Shown one piece after another: positions 1 through 17,464 of a stretch of 64,000 nucleotides of DNA. Numbering within the stretch: the first letter of the stretch is position 1; every line of letters begins with the position of its first letter. Below the pieces are notes generated by a model. The model was not told the DNA's origin, searched no databases, and saw nothing but the letters and a program-made list of their open reading frames with translations. The stretch comes from the human T2T-CHM13v2.0 reference genome, Homo sapiens, in NCBI RefSeq assembly GCF_009914755.1, contig NC_060933.1, one strand, 5' to 3'. A program made the position numbers and the translations under genes.

Positions 1-73
1 AGGCCCTACCTCCAACAGTGGAGATTATATTTCAAAATGAGATTTGGGCAGGGACATACATCCAAACTATATC
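1..73 (-). mobile_element. MST-family MaLR LTR end (cut by window edge)
   Basis: ...catccaaactatatca is the reverse complement of the MST LTR start (tgatatagtttggatg). Confidence 0.7.
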
Positions 74-2132
74 AACATGGCAGTGAGTTCCCTGGGTTTT
101 CGTATTTCTTCCCATATATACCAGATAGGGCCTCCCATGTATACCACAGGAGACTCCAAAACCACCACTAACAGGCACAGATTAAAAAAAAAAAACTCTA
201 AGAAAAGCCTATTCTTCCTAATCAATGCACCAGACAAAGGGTGGCCTAACAAAACAGAAAACATTCGGGCAATACGTATTCTATTCTACCCCAACACAAA
301 TGAATAAATCGCTCCCATTCTATGGCTTCACCCGGGAAAGTGGGACACGGATATTCTACTGCCACAAACCCCACTCCATGAAAACAGGAAGTGGCACTCT
401 CATTTCCCCCACTTGGGTGGTGTTGACAGAGCATGCAGGAAGCTGATCTGTCCCCAGCACAGCAGAAGCAAACAGTGTTCTGATTCTTCCATGTTGGTAA
501 AGCTGAGCCTCTATCCTCACTTAGCAGAAAGGACTTAATGAGACAGTGTGAGGTGCAGCTAATGAATAATTAACTTCCCTTCACTTCCCCTTCTCCAGCT
601 GTTAGTGGGACCTAGCAGAGAGCCCCACTCAAATAGTCCCAGCTGAGTTTTTAAAGTGACCAAAGCAATCTAATGGAGAGCCATTTTAACAAACAGAGCA
701 ACTGGAAATCCATGGACCAAAAATCTTGATCTAAATCTCAGATGTCAACCCGAAATTTACCATAAACTTAAATGTAAATCTCTAAACATTTTAGAAAATA
801 AATAGAAAATACATTTAAGATCCAAGGTCAAATAAAGCTCTTAAACTTGACACCAAATGGGATGTGCATAAAAGAAATGATAAATTTGACCTCATCAAGA
901 TACAAAAATTTGTTCTCTTAAAAAGACCAGTGAAGGAGATGAAAAGCCAAGCTACAGACAGAAAGAAAAATTTGCAAACTATATATTTGACAAAGGACTA
1001 GTATCATAATATAAAGAACTCTAAAAACTCAATAAGAAAACCAGAGAATCCAATTAGAAAATGAGTGAATGATATGTGCAGACATTTCATTGAAAACGAC
1101 ATTTAGATGAAAATAAGCACATGAAAAGATATTCAACACCATTAACTAATGGGGAAAGGCAAATTTAAACCACAGTGAGATATCATCACACACTTACCTG
1201 GCTAAAAATAGTGAAAACACTAAATGCTGGAAAGGATGTTGAGAAGATAGACTACTCATACATTGCCCATGGGAATAAAAGTGGTACATGCACCCTGGAT
1301 GACAGTTTGGCCATTTCTCAATATAAAATGATTCAATAAAAAGTAATAAATAAAATAAAATTATTTTAAAAATACTATATCTGGGTAAAATAAGTAGAGA
1401 AGAACTTTCTATTAGTTATCTGAGCATTAAAAATATATGAACAGAATATGCATATTTATATATTTTAATCAGTTTCTTGTCGATATATTTTCTAATAGAC
1501 AACTTTTTATTTCAATATAGAAATTTTTCTTAGAATCACCTGTAAAATTTTCTAAAAGTTGCCTATTTTATTAATTAAAGTTGTTTACTAAAAATAAAAA
1601 AAACTTATTACATGGCTACTGTAATTGGCTTATAGACATGTAGATCAATAGGACAAAACAGAGTTCAGAAACAAACTTCACATAAATAGAAAATTGACTT
1701 TTGTCAAATGCTCCAAGATATTCTGATAGGTAATAGAAAATCATTTTCAACAAATTCTGCTTGAACTACTGTATATCCACATGGGGAAAACAAATTACAT
1801 TTACAAGCCTGTTATACCATAAACAAATATCTGGGATAGATCAAAGACATACACATAAAATCTAAATGTGCATGTCCTTTTGAGATGACATAGAAAAATA
1901 TCTTCTTAATCTTATAGAAAAAAATTTCATTGAGAGTGAGAAGATACCAAACATAGAATAATAAATAGAAAATTATCTTCACCAAAATTAAATGCTTTGC
2001 TCATTAAAAACACCAAGAAAATAAAAATGCAAGTCATAGACTCAGGAAAAATATTCTCAGTACATGAATCTCAAAAGGACTTGAATCCATAATATATAAG
2101 AACTTTTGGAAATCAACTTAAAAGGAAATATG

Positions 2133-2457
2133 GGCCAGGTGTGGTGGCTCACACCTGTAACCTCAGTGCTTTGTGAGTCTGGGGCAGAAGGGTTGCTTGA
2201 GGTCAGGAGTTCAAGACCAGCCTGGGCAACAGAGAGAGACCCTGTCTCTACAAATATTTTTTTTAATTAGTTGGGTGAGGTGGCATGTACCTGTAGTTCC
2301 AGCTGCTAGGGAAGCTGAGGCAAGAGGATTCCATGAGCCCAGGAGTTGGAGGCTGCAACAAGCTGTGATCCCAGCACTGGATCTGGCTTTGTGATACAGC
2401 AAGACACTGTCTCTATAAACAAATAAATATATAAGTAAGTAAATAAATAAATAAAAA
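2133..2457 (+). mobile_element. AluJ
   Basis: Dimeric Alu with TAAA-type tail and degenerate TSD aaaggaaatatg/ataggagatatg. Confidence 0.9.
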
Positions 2458-3335
2458 TAGGAGATATGAATGCATACTTTACAAAGAAGTAGTTGGTAAT
2501 GCATAGTTTCTTTTTCAGGAGTTTACCCATAGTAAATGAAGAATTATGTCATATCAAATACTTGTATGTGAATGGAGAAATATGTGAGAATATGCACAAC
2601 TATGTACTTATGTTTGTAGCAATTTCACTTACAATACCCTAAATATGGAAACTATCTAAATATTGCCTCAATGGTAGAAGGAAGAACCAATCTTAATGTG
2701 GGAAAAGAATTAACAAGTACCAAAACCAATAATAATAGAAGAAAAAATTATCAATTGGAGCTTTTTGAAAATTAAAATTTCTACATTTTTCTGATACATA
2801 TTAATGTTGAACATCTTTTTACACATTAATTAGCCACATCAGTAGATAACAGGGAAATGCAAATTAGAAGCAAAATTAAATAGTACTTTACATCCAAAAA
2901 AAAGAGTATTTGGAAAACCCGAAATTCCTAAATTTCTGCTGGGAATGTAAAATGGCATGAATACTTTGGAAACCAGTTTGACAAATTTTTGTAAAATTAA
3001 ACCCACGACCCATTAGTTTCTCTCTTAGATATTTACTCATGTTAAATAAAAAATGAAAACTTATGTCCACAGAAAGACTTGTATGAATATTCATAGCAAC
3101 TTAACTCATGATACCCCAAACTAAACATCAAAATATTCCATAACAGGATAAGAAATCTATGGCCCATTATTACAGTGGAATACAACATAGCTTTAGAAAC
3201 AAACTACTCATACATTTAATAACATCAATAAATCTCAAAATTAGTACATTGAGCAAAAGCCATACATTAACATATGCATATACATATATATATACATTTA
3301 CATAAAAGGTACACACTGAATGGTTCTTTTATTGA

Positions 3336-3790
<455 letters not shown>

Positions 3791-4330
3791 TTCTATGATT
3801 ATTGAAATCAGAACAGTGATTGCCTTTGGGAGTGAAGATTAACTGGAAAGAAGCATAAAGATACTCTCTGCACTAATAGAAATGTTCTATATCTTGATTA
3901 GATAGCTGATTACTCACAAAACTCTACGAAGATTTGTATATTTTATGTAAATTATGCCTTGATGAATAAAAAACATTATTGAAAATGCTGTTACCTTGTG
4001 ACATTTCAAGGGTTTTGTAAGTTGTGTAATTTCTTTTCTCATTCTATATTTGGCTTGTACTACTTTTGTGATTGTAATTTTAGGTTTATTTTCTGAAAGA
4101 TGGGCTTCCTGACTATATACATTTCAGACCCCGAAAGATGGATGCACAGTGGAGTGATTTTTTTCTACAGTTATGCTTCTCTCAACTCAAAGTCACTATT
4201 GAGGGCTTTTTTCTTCTTATCCCTATTCCTCAATTTCTACCACTATCACATTTATCTTCTTTATCTAATGAAGTCACTTTATTTAATGAAACTTTATTTA
4301 ATAATCCAGAAAAATTTATGTTCCATTTCT

Positions 4331-4764
<434 letters not shown>

Positions 4765-5037
4765 CCTCAGTTATTTTTCTTATATTTCCTTCATATATCA
4801 ATTTTTAAAGCATGACCATAATTATACATATTAACCATTCTGTCTCTTCCACTATAGTGTAGATTCTTCAAGGAAAGGAACCATCTCTTCTTTCTCCTTT
4901 GGTACTATCAAGCAACATCTTCGACATCTACTTCATCTACTGGAAGAAACCTCCCACGTTCTCCAGAGTTGTCAACCATGTACCAGGATATGATGCAAAT
5001 ATAAAGGGATCATTGCTTTTATCTTGTCCTCTTACAG

Positions 5038-5146
5038 TCAAATGTCCAGAATTAACATCTACGTTTGTGGCTCCTCAAAACAACTTAGATTCACAATTCA
5101 TGGATTGCTTTATGAATTTATTCACAAAATTGAGACTGAAAGGAAA
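5038..5146 (+). pseudogene. Candidate exon of a decayed gene (phase 2 to 0; QMSRINIYVCGSSKQLRFTIHGLLYEFIHKIETERK)
   Basis: Pyrimidine-rich acceptor ttttatcttgtcctcttacAG, open frame, donor AAA|GTAAAA; unique sequence between Alus. Confidence 0.25.
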
Positions 5147-5165
5147 GTAAAAATTCACCATGCAA

Positions 5166-5467
5166 GGCCAGGCGTGGTGGCTCACACCTGTAATCCCAGC
5201 ACATCGGGAGGCTGAGGCGGGCAGATCACGAGGTCAGGAGTTTGAGACCAGCCTGGCTAACATGGCAAAACTCTGTCTCTACTAAAAATACAAAAATTAG
5301 CCAGGCGTGGTAGCACATGCCTGCAATCCCAGCTATTAGGGAAGCTGAGGCAGGAGAATTGCTTGAACTCAGAGGGCAGAGGTTGCAGTGAGCCGAGATC
5401 AAGTCACTGGATTCCAGCCTAGGCAACAGAGCGAGGCTCCATCTCAAAAAAAAAAAAAAAAAAAAAA
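5166..5467 (+). mobile_element. AluS
   Basis: Full dimeric Alu with poly(A) tail. Confidence 0.95.
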
Positions 5468-5536
5468 GATACAGGAAATTGTTTGTGTAAAGGCTAAAAA
5501 TAATAATAAGAAAGTCGGTTTGAAAAGCTGAACATG

Positions 5537-6592
5537 GGCTGGGCGTGGTGGCTCACGCCTGTAATCCCAGGACTTTGGGAGGCTGAGGCAGGTGGATCAC
5601 CTGAGGTCAGGAATTCGAGACCAGCCTGGCCAACATGGTGAAACCACGCCTCTACTAAAAATACAAAAATTAGCTGGGCGTGGTGGTGCACCCCTGTAAT
5701 CCCAGCTCCTCAGAAGGCTGAGGCAGGAGAATCACTTGAACCCAGGAGGCAGAGGTTGCAGTGAGCCAACATCACGCCACTGCACTCCAGCCTGGCTGAC
5801 AACATTGCCCGGGGGGGGCCTTGTTCCCAGAGCTCCCAAGATGGTGGCGGGCCGCTTCCAAGATGGTGGCAAGCCTCTTGTTCTCTGACCTGGGGTTCTT
5901 GGCCTCACGGATTCCAAGGAATGAAATCTTGGGCCATGCGATGAGTGTTATAGCTCTATTAGAAGCTGTGGGTCACAGAAGAGAACCACGGAAAGTGGTG
6001 ACTAGTGTTCAGCACGATTAGGACAAATCCGGGCACTTAGCCATGCAGGAACAATGGCAAGCCTTTTACCGGATCGGGAGCGGCAATGGGTGCCTCACTG
6101 GATCAGGAGCACAGGGGACACCCTGCTGGATCCGGAGGGATGGAAGTCAGCGGCAGGTCTGTGATGGCAGCCAACAGCAGTGGTGGACGGCGAGCGAAAG
6201 CTCAGCTCGAGAGGTAACAAACATGGACCAGAAGAGTGTGCAGTTGCAAGATTTAATAGAGTGAAAACAGAGCTCCCATACAAAGGGAGGGGACCCAAAG
6301 AGGGTAGCCGTTGACAGCTCGAATGCCTAGGTTTATATCCCAATCACTGTCCCTCCCGCTGTGCTCTCAGGGGATAGATGATTAGCTATCTCTTTACCTC
6401 CTGTTTTTGCCAAATTAGCATTTTAGGGAGCTCTCTTTACTACCTGATTGGTCGGGTGTGAGCTAAGTTGCAAGCCCTGTGTTTAAATGTGGATGCAGTC
6501 ACCTTCCCAGCTAGGCTTAGGGATTCTTAGTTGGCCTAGGAAATCCAGCTAGTCCTGTCTCTCAACACGGTGAGACTCCAGCTCAAAAAAAA
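5537..6592 (+). mobile_element. AluSx-like element split by an LTR17 insertion (5537-5804 and 6565-6592)
   Basis: The Alu stops at ...ccagcctggctgacaaca and resumes as acacggtgagactcc + A-tail; degenerate TSD aaaagctgaacat/aaaagctaatcat. Confidence 0.9.
5805..6564 (-). mobile_element. HERV-W solo LTR (LTR17), complete U3-R-U5
   Basis: Reverse complement begins TGAGAGACAGGACTAGCTGGATTTCCTAGGCC; contains CCAAT (~6446-6450), GGATATAAAC TATA box (6331-6340) and ATTAAA poly(A) signal (~6252-6257). Confidence 0.93.
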
Positions 6593-7377
6593 GCTAATCA
6601 TTATTTGTCATGGCTAAAAAGTAGATAGTACTTGGTAGAGAAGTGAGAAATTATAGTCAGGGCATTAGTGGCCTTATATACATCAGCAAGTAGTTTAGAT
6701 ATTATCCTGGGGATTTTCTTTCAGTATATTAGTACTAGTTAATCAAAAAATATTAGCTATATATACAGCAAATAATTTATCTCTGCCTCCATAGAACTCA
6801 CCATTAATGGAAAAGACAGATAATAAAGAAAAAATTAAAATATAATAAAATGATGTTAAGCATATAGCTACAGCGGAAAAAATATTTATAACATTTAATG
6901 AATACAGTTATGTTACCCTGTGCTTAAGCATCAAAAAATACCCTTTGTTTTCTTTGCTCAGCCTTGTTTTCCAAGCATCTATTACAGTGCCTGACACGTA
7001 ACAAATAGGCAACAATTTTTTTCATGGATAAGCAAATCAATAATTGAATTGAACTTTATGGAATGAATGTGAGTTAATTAAACAGACAGTGGATAGGCAT
7101 TTAGCCAGGAGTGAGAAGCCTGCATGTATGAAAACCTAGGACATTGAGAGAGTGTCGTATGTTCAAGAACCCGAAAGAAGCCCCAGAGAGCTGAGTGGAG
7201 AAAGCAATATGTAGAATACTAGGAGCTAGGCCTGGAGAGGGAGATAAAATCTGTCCCATACACAGTATATAATCTATTTTAAAGATTTTGAAAGTTTTTT
7301 TAAGGTGATGAGAAGTTACCAATCTATTTGTGTTAGGGGAATTACGACATCATTTTACCACTTTAAAAGATAGGTTT

Positions 7378-7734
<357 letters not shown>

Positions 7735-8253
7735 TTATTATGGAGACCATTTGTGATGACTGGGAAGTAAACAGATGTAAAGATAACAGTTAGAAGTCTC
7801 TTTGTGCAGTTTAGGAAAGAAATTATTGAAGTTGGGACTTGGGGGATGGCAATGAGGATGGGAAACAGTGGATACACTGAGGATTTTTTTTAGGAAGTAG
7901 GAACAAACAGACCTTAACATTGCTGAGTGAGTGAAATTTGAAAGGAGCCAAGGAAACAAACGTCTTCATATATTGAGCAATTAGGTGAGTAGAGGTTTAG
8001 CAGAGCTGCAGAAGAATATGCAGATTTCAAATATGTTCTTTTGAGATTGCCATGGGATGTCAAGGTAGATTGTTTGGAGAACTGTACATAAATACTCTAG
8101 AAACCATGTGAATCACAGAAATAGATTAGGGAATATGATGGTGATTCGTTTTCTGAAAGGAAATGAGTTGTCCCAGGAAAAGAGATAGAGATATAAAAGA
8201 AAAGGACTGAGAATAAAGTCCCATGAAGTTTCCATATTTAATAAATAGAACTT

Positions 8254-8876
8254 TGTGGAGGAAAAGTTAAATATTAAATATGAACTCAATCGAACATGGA
8301 CACAATGGTCACCAAGTCCTGGAACAGGTTGTGTGAGCCCCTTGAAGCGTTCATCCAGCACTGTTTTGGAAAAATCTCTCTTTCAATCTATTCCTATACG
8401 TTAGTTTTTGAAAAACAATAGACAATCCCCAAAACAAGTTGACCTCTTTGTGTTCCTTGAGCCCAGTTGCAGAGGGCCTTCATGACTGGGCCTCATGCCA
8501 AACAACTTGTTACAAAAAGAGCTAGGTCCCAGACTGCACAGAAGCTTCATGAGAGCTCTCCTCATCTTGCATGGAGGAGTGGCCCACTCTGGAGCCCAGG
8601 CTGTTGCTTCCCAGTCTGGTGGTGAATCCTCCATAGTTTGGTGAATGTAAATCTCTTTTCCCTTCTCCCCTTCCCATTGCAATTTGCTTAATATATCAAT
8701 CTGCTTATTATATCAAATTGCTTATTATGTCATTTGCTTATTATATCAATTTGCTTATTACATTAATTTGCTTATTATATCTGCATTGCCATTTATGTGG
8801 GATAAAGCTTGTTTACCCTTAAAGGTATTGTGTGTGTGCCTTTTCTTTTCCCCTCACACGTCTCCCTCACAAAATA
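8254..8876 (+). mobile_element. ERV1-class solo LTR (LTR15/HERV-I-related, tentative) with an internal TTTGCTTATTATATCAA-like tandem repeat (~8682-8780)
   Basis: Starts TGTGGAGGAAAAGTTAAATATT; flanked by aactt/aacct; about 6 copies of a 15-17 nt unit. Confidence 0.7.
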
Positions 8877-8939
8877 AACCTTAGAAGCACAATTGTGAAA
8901 AATAGAAAACACAGGGGTGTCAGAAATATTAGGGGACTA

Positions 8940-9600
<661 letters not shown>

Positions 9601-9863
9601 AGACAAAGATTAAATTAAATTAAAATTAATAGTGTTAAACCTCACTCTAGGCAGAAGATATCTGTCAGGTGACTGGTTGTATATATTAAACAAAGAACTT
9701 TATGGTAAAACCTCCAGAGGAAACCCAGACCTTGTGTGTTGCCATATACAATAACCATGCAATATTTGCTACTCTTGGTCTTGCAAAAAAAAAACAAACA
9801 CTAGCTGTGATTATGAGTCTTTCATGTGACATAGTCTCTCATATTTGAACAGTATTGAGGTAG

Positions 9864-10176
<313 letters not shown>

Positions 10177-10229
10177 CAAACTGGATCTTTTATCTCACCT
10201 TTTGGAAACAAATTACCCACTTTTATGAG

Positions 10230-10350
10230 TTATATAAATATAAATAATAATATATTTATATATTATATTATATATAATTAAATATATATTAAAATATATA
10301 TATTTATATATTTTATATAAATATAAATAATATTATTAATAATAATACAA
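10230..10350. repeat. AT-rich low-complexity tract
   Basis: Almost pure A/T, (TA)n-like. Confidence 0.9.
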
Positions 10351-11038
10351 AAATGTATTATTTTAATCTGATAAAACATTTCTATTGTTTAAAATTTGGC
10401 AAATAAAAGTTTGAGAAAGAAAAAATGCACGTACAGCACAGCACCCAATGAAAACTATTATTAATATATTTATATATACATTTAAAAGTGTTCATTACAC
10501 ACATGCAATTGATATAGTCATACAATGTGTATGCATGCATAGAATCAATATCATAATGTAGAATATATTTCATAACCAGTATTTAGGAATCTTTGAATGT
10601 CTCAAGGTTTTACTGATAAACAATGAAACTGAATTTTTAGCATTCATAGCATGAAGATGGGAATCATGATACTCCCCTTGCATCAACCATTATAGTGAAT
10701 AATGAGTCTTCAATAAATTTTACTAACTGGTTGATTGCCAGCAATAATAACAATAATAATAAATTACTTTTCACTGACAGAATAAGCCAAAACAATAGTG
10801 TAGTGTTAGTGTTTTTCAGCCCTTTTTTGCTCTCCAACATTAAGCAGTTTGGAATGAAATAGATACACAAAGACACGACACACACATATTAATTGGATGT
10901 TCTTGTGTAACCATGCTCCTATATAAAAGTTGATTTTAGTCAATCTTCTTTTTTAGTAAACTTATTTTTATTTTGTATTGTGTCTGTTTTCTATACTACT
11001 TATAAGTTCAGTTAGGAAGTTCTATGTTATTTCTTCAG

Positions 11039-11378
11039 GAATAAATTTACTAAAACCATCAGGAATTGTCTACAGATAAATTAAGTTTTAATGGAAAAGT
11101 GAAGAGCAAGAAAGAACGCATACAGATGTAAGGGAAAGAATGGAATCCGTCTATTTCTACCACGTTAGTGATCTGGAGCAAAACTTTCATTTTAAATAGA
11201 TAATGCAAGTGTAAACAAAGCACAGATAGTATCCAGACAGCAGTGATCAGGAGGATGTTGCTTCTCAGCACAAAGCTTCATCAATGTTAAAATGCTGCTT
11301 CTTTCCAGTAGGGAAATGTGGAGCTTTGTTTGCCGTAAGAAATGTGAAGACTACATATGCTCGCCCTTGTAAAAACAG
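11039..11378 (+). pseudogene. Candidate heavily decayed exon (340 nt, phase 0 to 1, multiple stops)
   Basis: Acceptor ttatttcttcAG, donor CAG|GTCAGG, purine-rich unique sequence; no frame is fully open. Confidence 0.25.
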
Positions 11379-12085
11379 GTCAGGTTTCAAAGAAGACATT
11401 TTTATGCTTAAAGTTACAAGACAAACAATTCTCATCGGCATTGGTTTGTTTATTTAATTTTAGTCTTAGTTACATTTTCTACAAGTGAAATTTGAAAGAT
11501 TTGTGGGACTAGCTACAGGCAGAAGTCATCATGGCTAATGCAACTCCATTCTAGCAAAAGCTGTTTCTCATTGGGCATGAGGTTAAAGTAAAACAAACAA
11601 AAAAACAAAACTGTAATACATAAGATATGACTGTTACGGGACTGGAATAGAAATTCTTATGCTATCCTGTGCCTTTTCAGTTCCTTGTCCTCTAAGCATC
11701 ATTGGCAAATTGAGCCTGTACCAATTCATGTATTGACCCTATAAATGATGATAGTGGTTTTGGCAATTCTTTCTTGACTCATCAAAAAGGGAAATTAATA
11801 GACAATGTTAATTTACTGCTGACTTTTCTTATTAGATCAATGAGATGAAGAGTCTACCCAGCACCCAAGAGAGTGTTTGAAACATAATAAGCACTCTATA
11901 CATATTTGTTATTTAAAATAATTAGTAGCTATTATGATTAAGGACATTTTCTTTTTTTTTTTTTTTTTGGATCTTATCTATGCAGTTAACACTTATAAAC
12001 ATACAGAATTAGTTTTTGGAGCAAGAAACCAGTGTATTGGGGTATGGCAGAGAACATCTGTGTGTACAAAAACTTAATGGAAGGT

Positions 12086-12448
12086 GTCTTAGTTTGTTCA
12101 GCTTGCTATAATGAATTCTTAGACTGGGTAATATATAAGCAACAGAAATTTATTTCTCACAGTTCTGGAGGGTGTGAAGTCCAAGATTAAGTTACCAGCA
12201 GATTCAGTATCTGATAAGGGGTGGCTCTCTGCTCCATAGATAGTGTTTTGCTGCTGTGTCCTCACATGATGGAAAGGAACTAGCAGGCTCCCTCAAGCCT
12301 CTTGATAAATGCACTAATCCTATTCATGAGGGCTCTGCCTTCATGACTTAATGACCTCCTGAAGGCCTCACCTCTTAATACCATGTCCTTGGGAGTTAGG
12401 CTTCAATATATGAAATTTGGAGGGACACCAGCATTCAAACATTCAGCA
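12086..12448 (-). mobile_element. MLT1A/MLT1A0 MaLR solo LTR
   Basis: tgtcttagtt...aaatttatttctcacagttctggagg...cattcaaacattcagca. Confidence 0.85.
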
Positions 12449-12672
12449 AAAGGTGTTTTGTCTTCATGAAGCTTTTCCTCTATGTCATTCCATCGGCTCT
12501 CCATGTTCTGACACAACTACAGTTCCTATCTTTAAAATGTTCCCACTAGGGCAATCTCTCTATAATTAATGCAAATGTATAATCATCCATCTATTCCCTT
12601 TTAAAGCAATTAAAGCTCCTAATAGGTTTTTCTAAGACTTTGAAATAAAACAGAAAATTTTTTTAAAGGATG

Positions 12673-15380
<2,708 letters not shown>

Positions 15381-15697
15381 AAAGGATGTTATAAGATAGA
15401 GTCCTATGTCCAAGAAATGCTAACTTTAAACAGACTCGCAGTCTGTACCCATTTTTTGTGTGTGATTTTTCTACTCTCAGACTTCTAATGTGTCTAAGAT
15501 TCCGTTTTATTATATAAAAAGTGAAGTTATCGCACTGGACGATTTCTGGACTCACTTCTCAGCTATAAAAATAATCTAAAATTACTTACATAAATATAAA
15601 TTTTAAAAAGTCTTTCTCTAAAGATCTTTGACAATAACATGGTTTAAGCATAACCTTTCCTGGAAAAAAAGAAGAGAGTTAAAAATATCTAATTCTT

Positions 15698-16058
<361 letters not shown>

Positions 16059-16339
16059 TCAGGAGATGGACACTGATGTTTGCTTTAAGCCCTGTGGAGT
16101 AACATTCATGACATTCATGTAAAATAGCAGTCATAATTCTAATAGAAAAATAAGAGCTACCACTAGTTTTTATTTTGTTAATGGACTAGAATGCTGCTCT
16201 AAGTAAAACATTCTGTGATGAAATATAGTTCAGACTTTTTCAATCCATGCCTCTACAATTCAATAAGCATACCAAGTAAAAACAAATATACCTTTAATTT
16301 TTCTCTAACCCTTGGTAATTTCTTTTTTATATTCCATAG

Positions 16340-16464
16340 GTTCAAAGCCTTTGGCAAGCAATAACATCAACCTGAAATTTAATAACATTGTTTGTACTGA
16401 TTGTGTTTATTCTTACAGTTACCTTCCTTTAACGACAAGTGATACCTTCTCCCCATTCATAACG
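16340..16464 (+). pseudogene. Candidate exon (125 nt, phase 1 to 0; SKPLASNNINLKFNNIVCTDCVYSYSYLPLTTSDTFSPFIT)
   Basis: Acceptor tcttttttatattccatAG, 41 open codons, donor ACG|GTGATA; phases bridge the 11039 and 23864 candidates. Confidence 0.2.
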
Positions 16465-17464
16465 GTGATATAAATGTTTCTTCTAGAGTAGATTTAGGCA
16501 AAAGAAAGTAAATTGATTTTAAACATAATAAATGATTAAAAGTATAGGTCACATGTGGATAAAATAAAAATAGTGAAAGTGATAATTAGATGTCTGAAGA
16601 TTTTGAAAGCATAGACTTAGAAGTAGATGTGATTTATTTGCAGCTCTCCTGATCACGTCTGATGTCTTAGATAATCATAATAACCTTATCTCACTTGCTT
16701 CCAATATGATTTGCTTGCCAATATCCTATAAAAAAAGTCTCATTCAGGGAGAACCAAGTGTGTGTCTGGTTATATGTTCAATTTTAGAATTTACTATTTA
16801 ATGATGGTTTTTGTCTGGCTCAAATGAAAATCAGAGATTTCTGACTTAACCAGTGTCTGTAAATGGGCAAACCAGTTCAGATTCTGTCTTTGACAACCTG
16901 CCAAAATTTCTTTATACTTGAAAGATATCTGGAGCAAGATATGTATTTCTCTATATGTATTATCTTATACTAAGGACAGATAGGTAAGGTTGTATAATCC
17001 CCCTCTTTTGGTAGCAATTGTAAAACACCTATCAATATTGTAAATTGACATAGGTTTTTTCCTCAAAATTCTGCTGTAGAAATTTAGTCTACCAGAAAAA
17101 CTACTGCAAGTGATCTATGATATAGATGCAAGAATATTTATTTAAGCATTATTCATATAATAATAATTGGAGTTTAAGCAAATTTCCTTATTTTCTATGC
17201 TTGGTTTCAAGGATACTTCATTTATTCTTCTGGTTTTCCTTCTAACTCTTGAGCCACTGCTTCCAGACCTGGCTGTTTCTCTTCATCACCTTGAACTGTT
17301 AATAGTCGAGTGCTTCAGGGCTAGCTTCTTTCAACTTTTTCTTGATCTACCCTTTATGCCTTGGTATTTTATCCAGTATTAAGGTTTTAAATAGCCTTTA
17401 AACATTGATAATTTGCCTCATTCTTTCTCTTGTTCCTTTTCTCTAAAATCAAGACATATTTCAT

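Noticed and set aside
8682-8780. Short repeated units that superficially resemble an array
   Set aside because: No unique spacers; an internal minisatellite of the LTR in eukaryotic DNA, not CRISPR.
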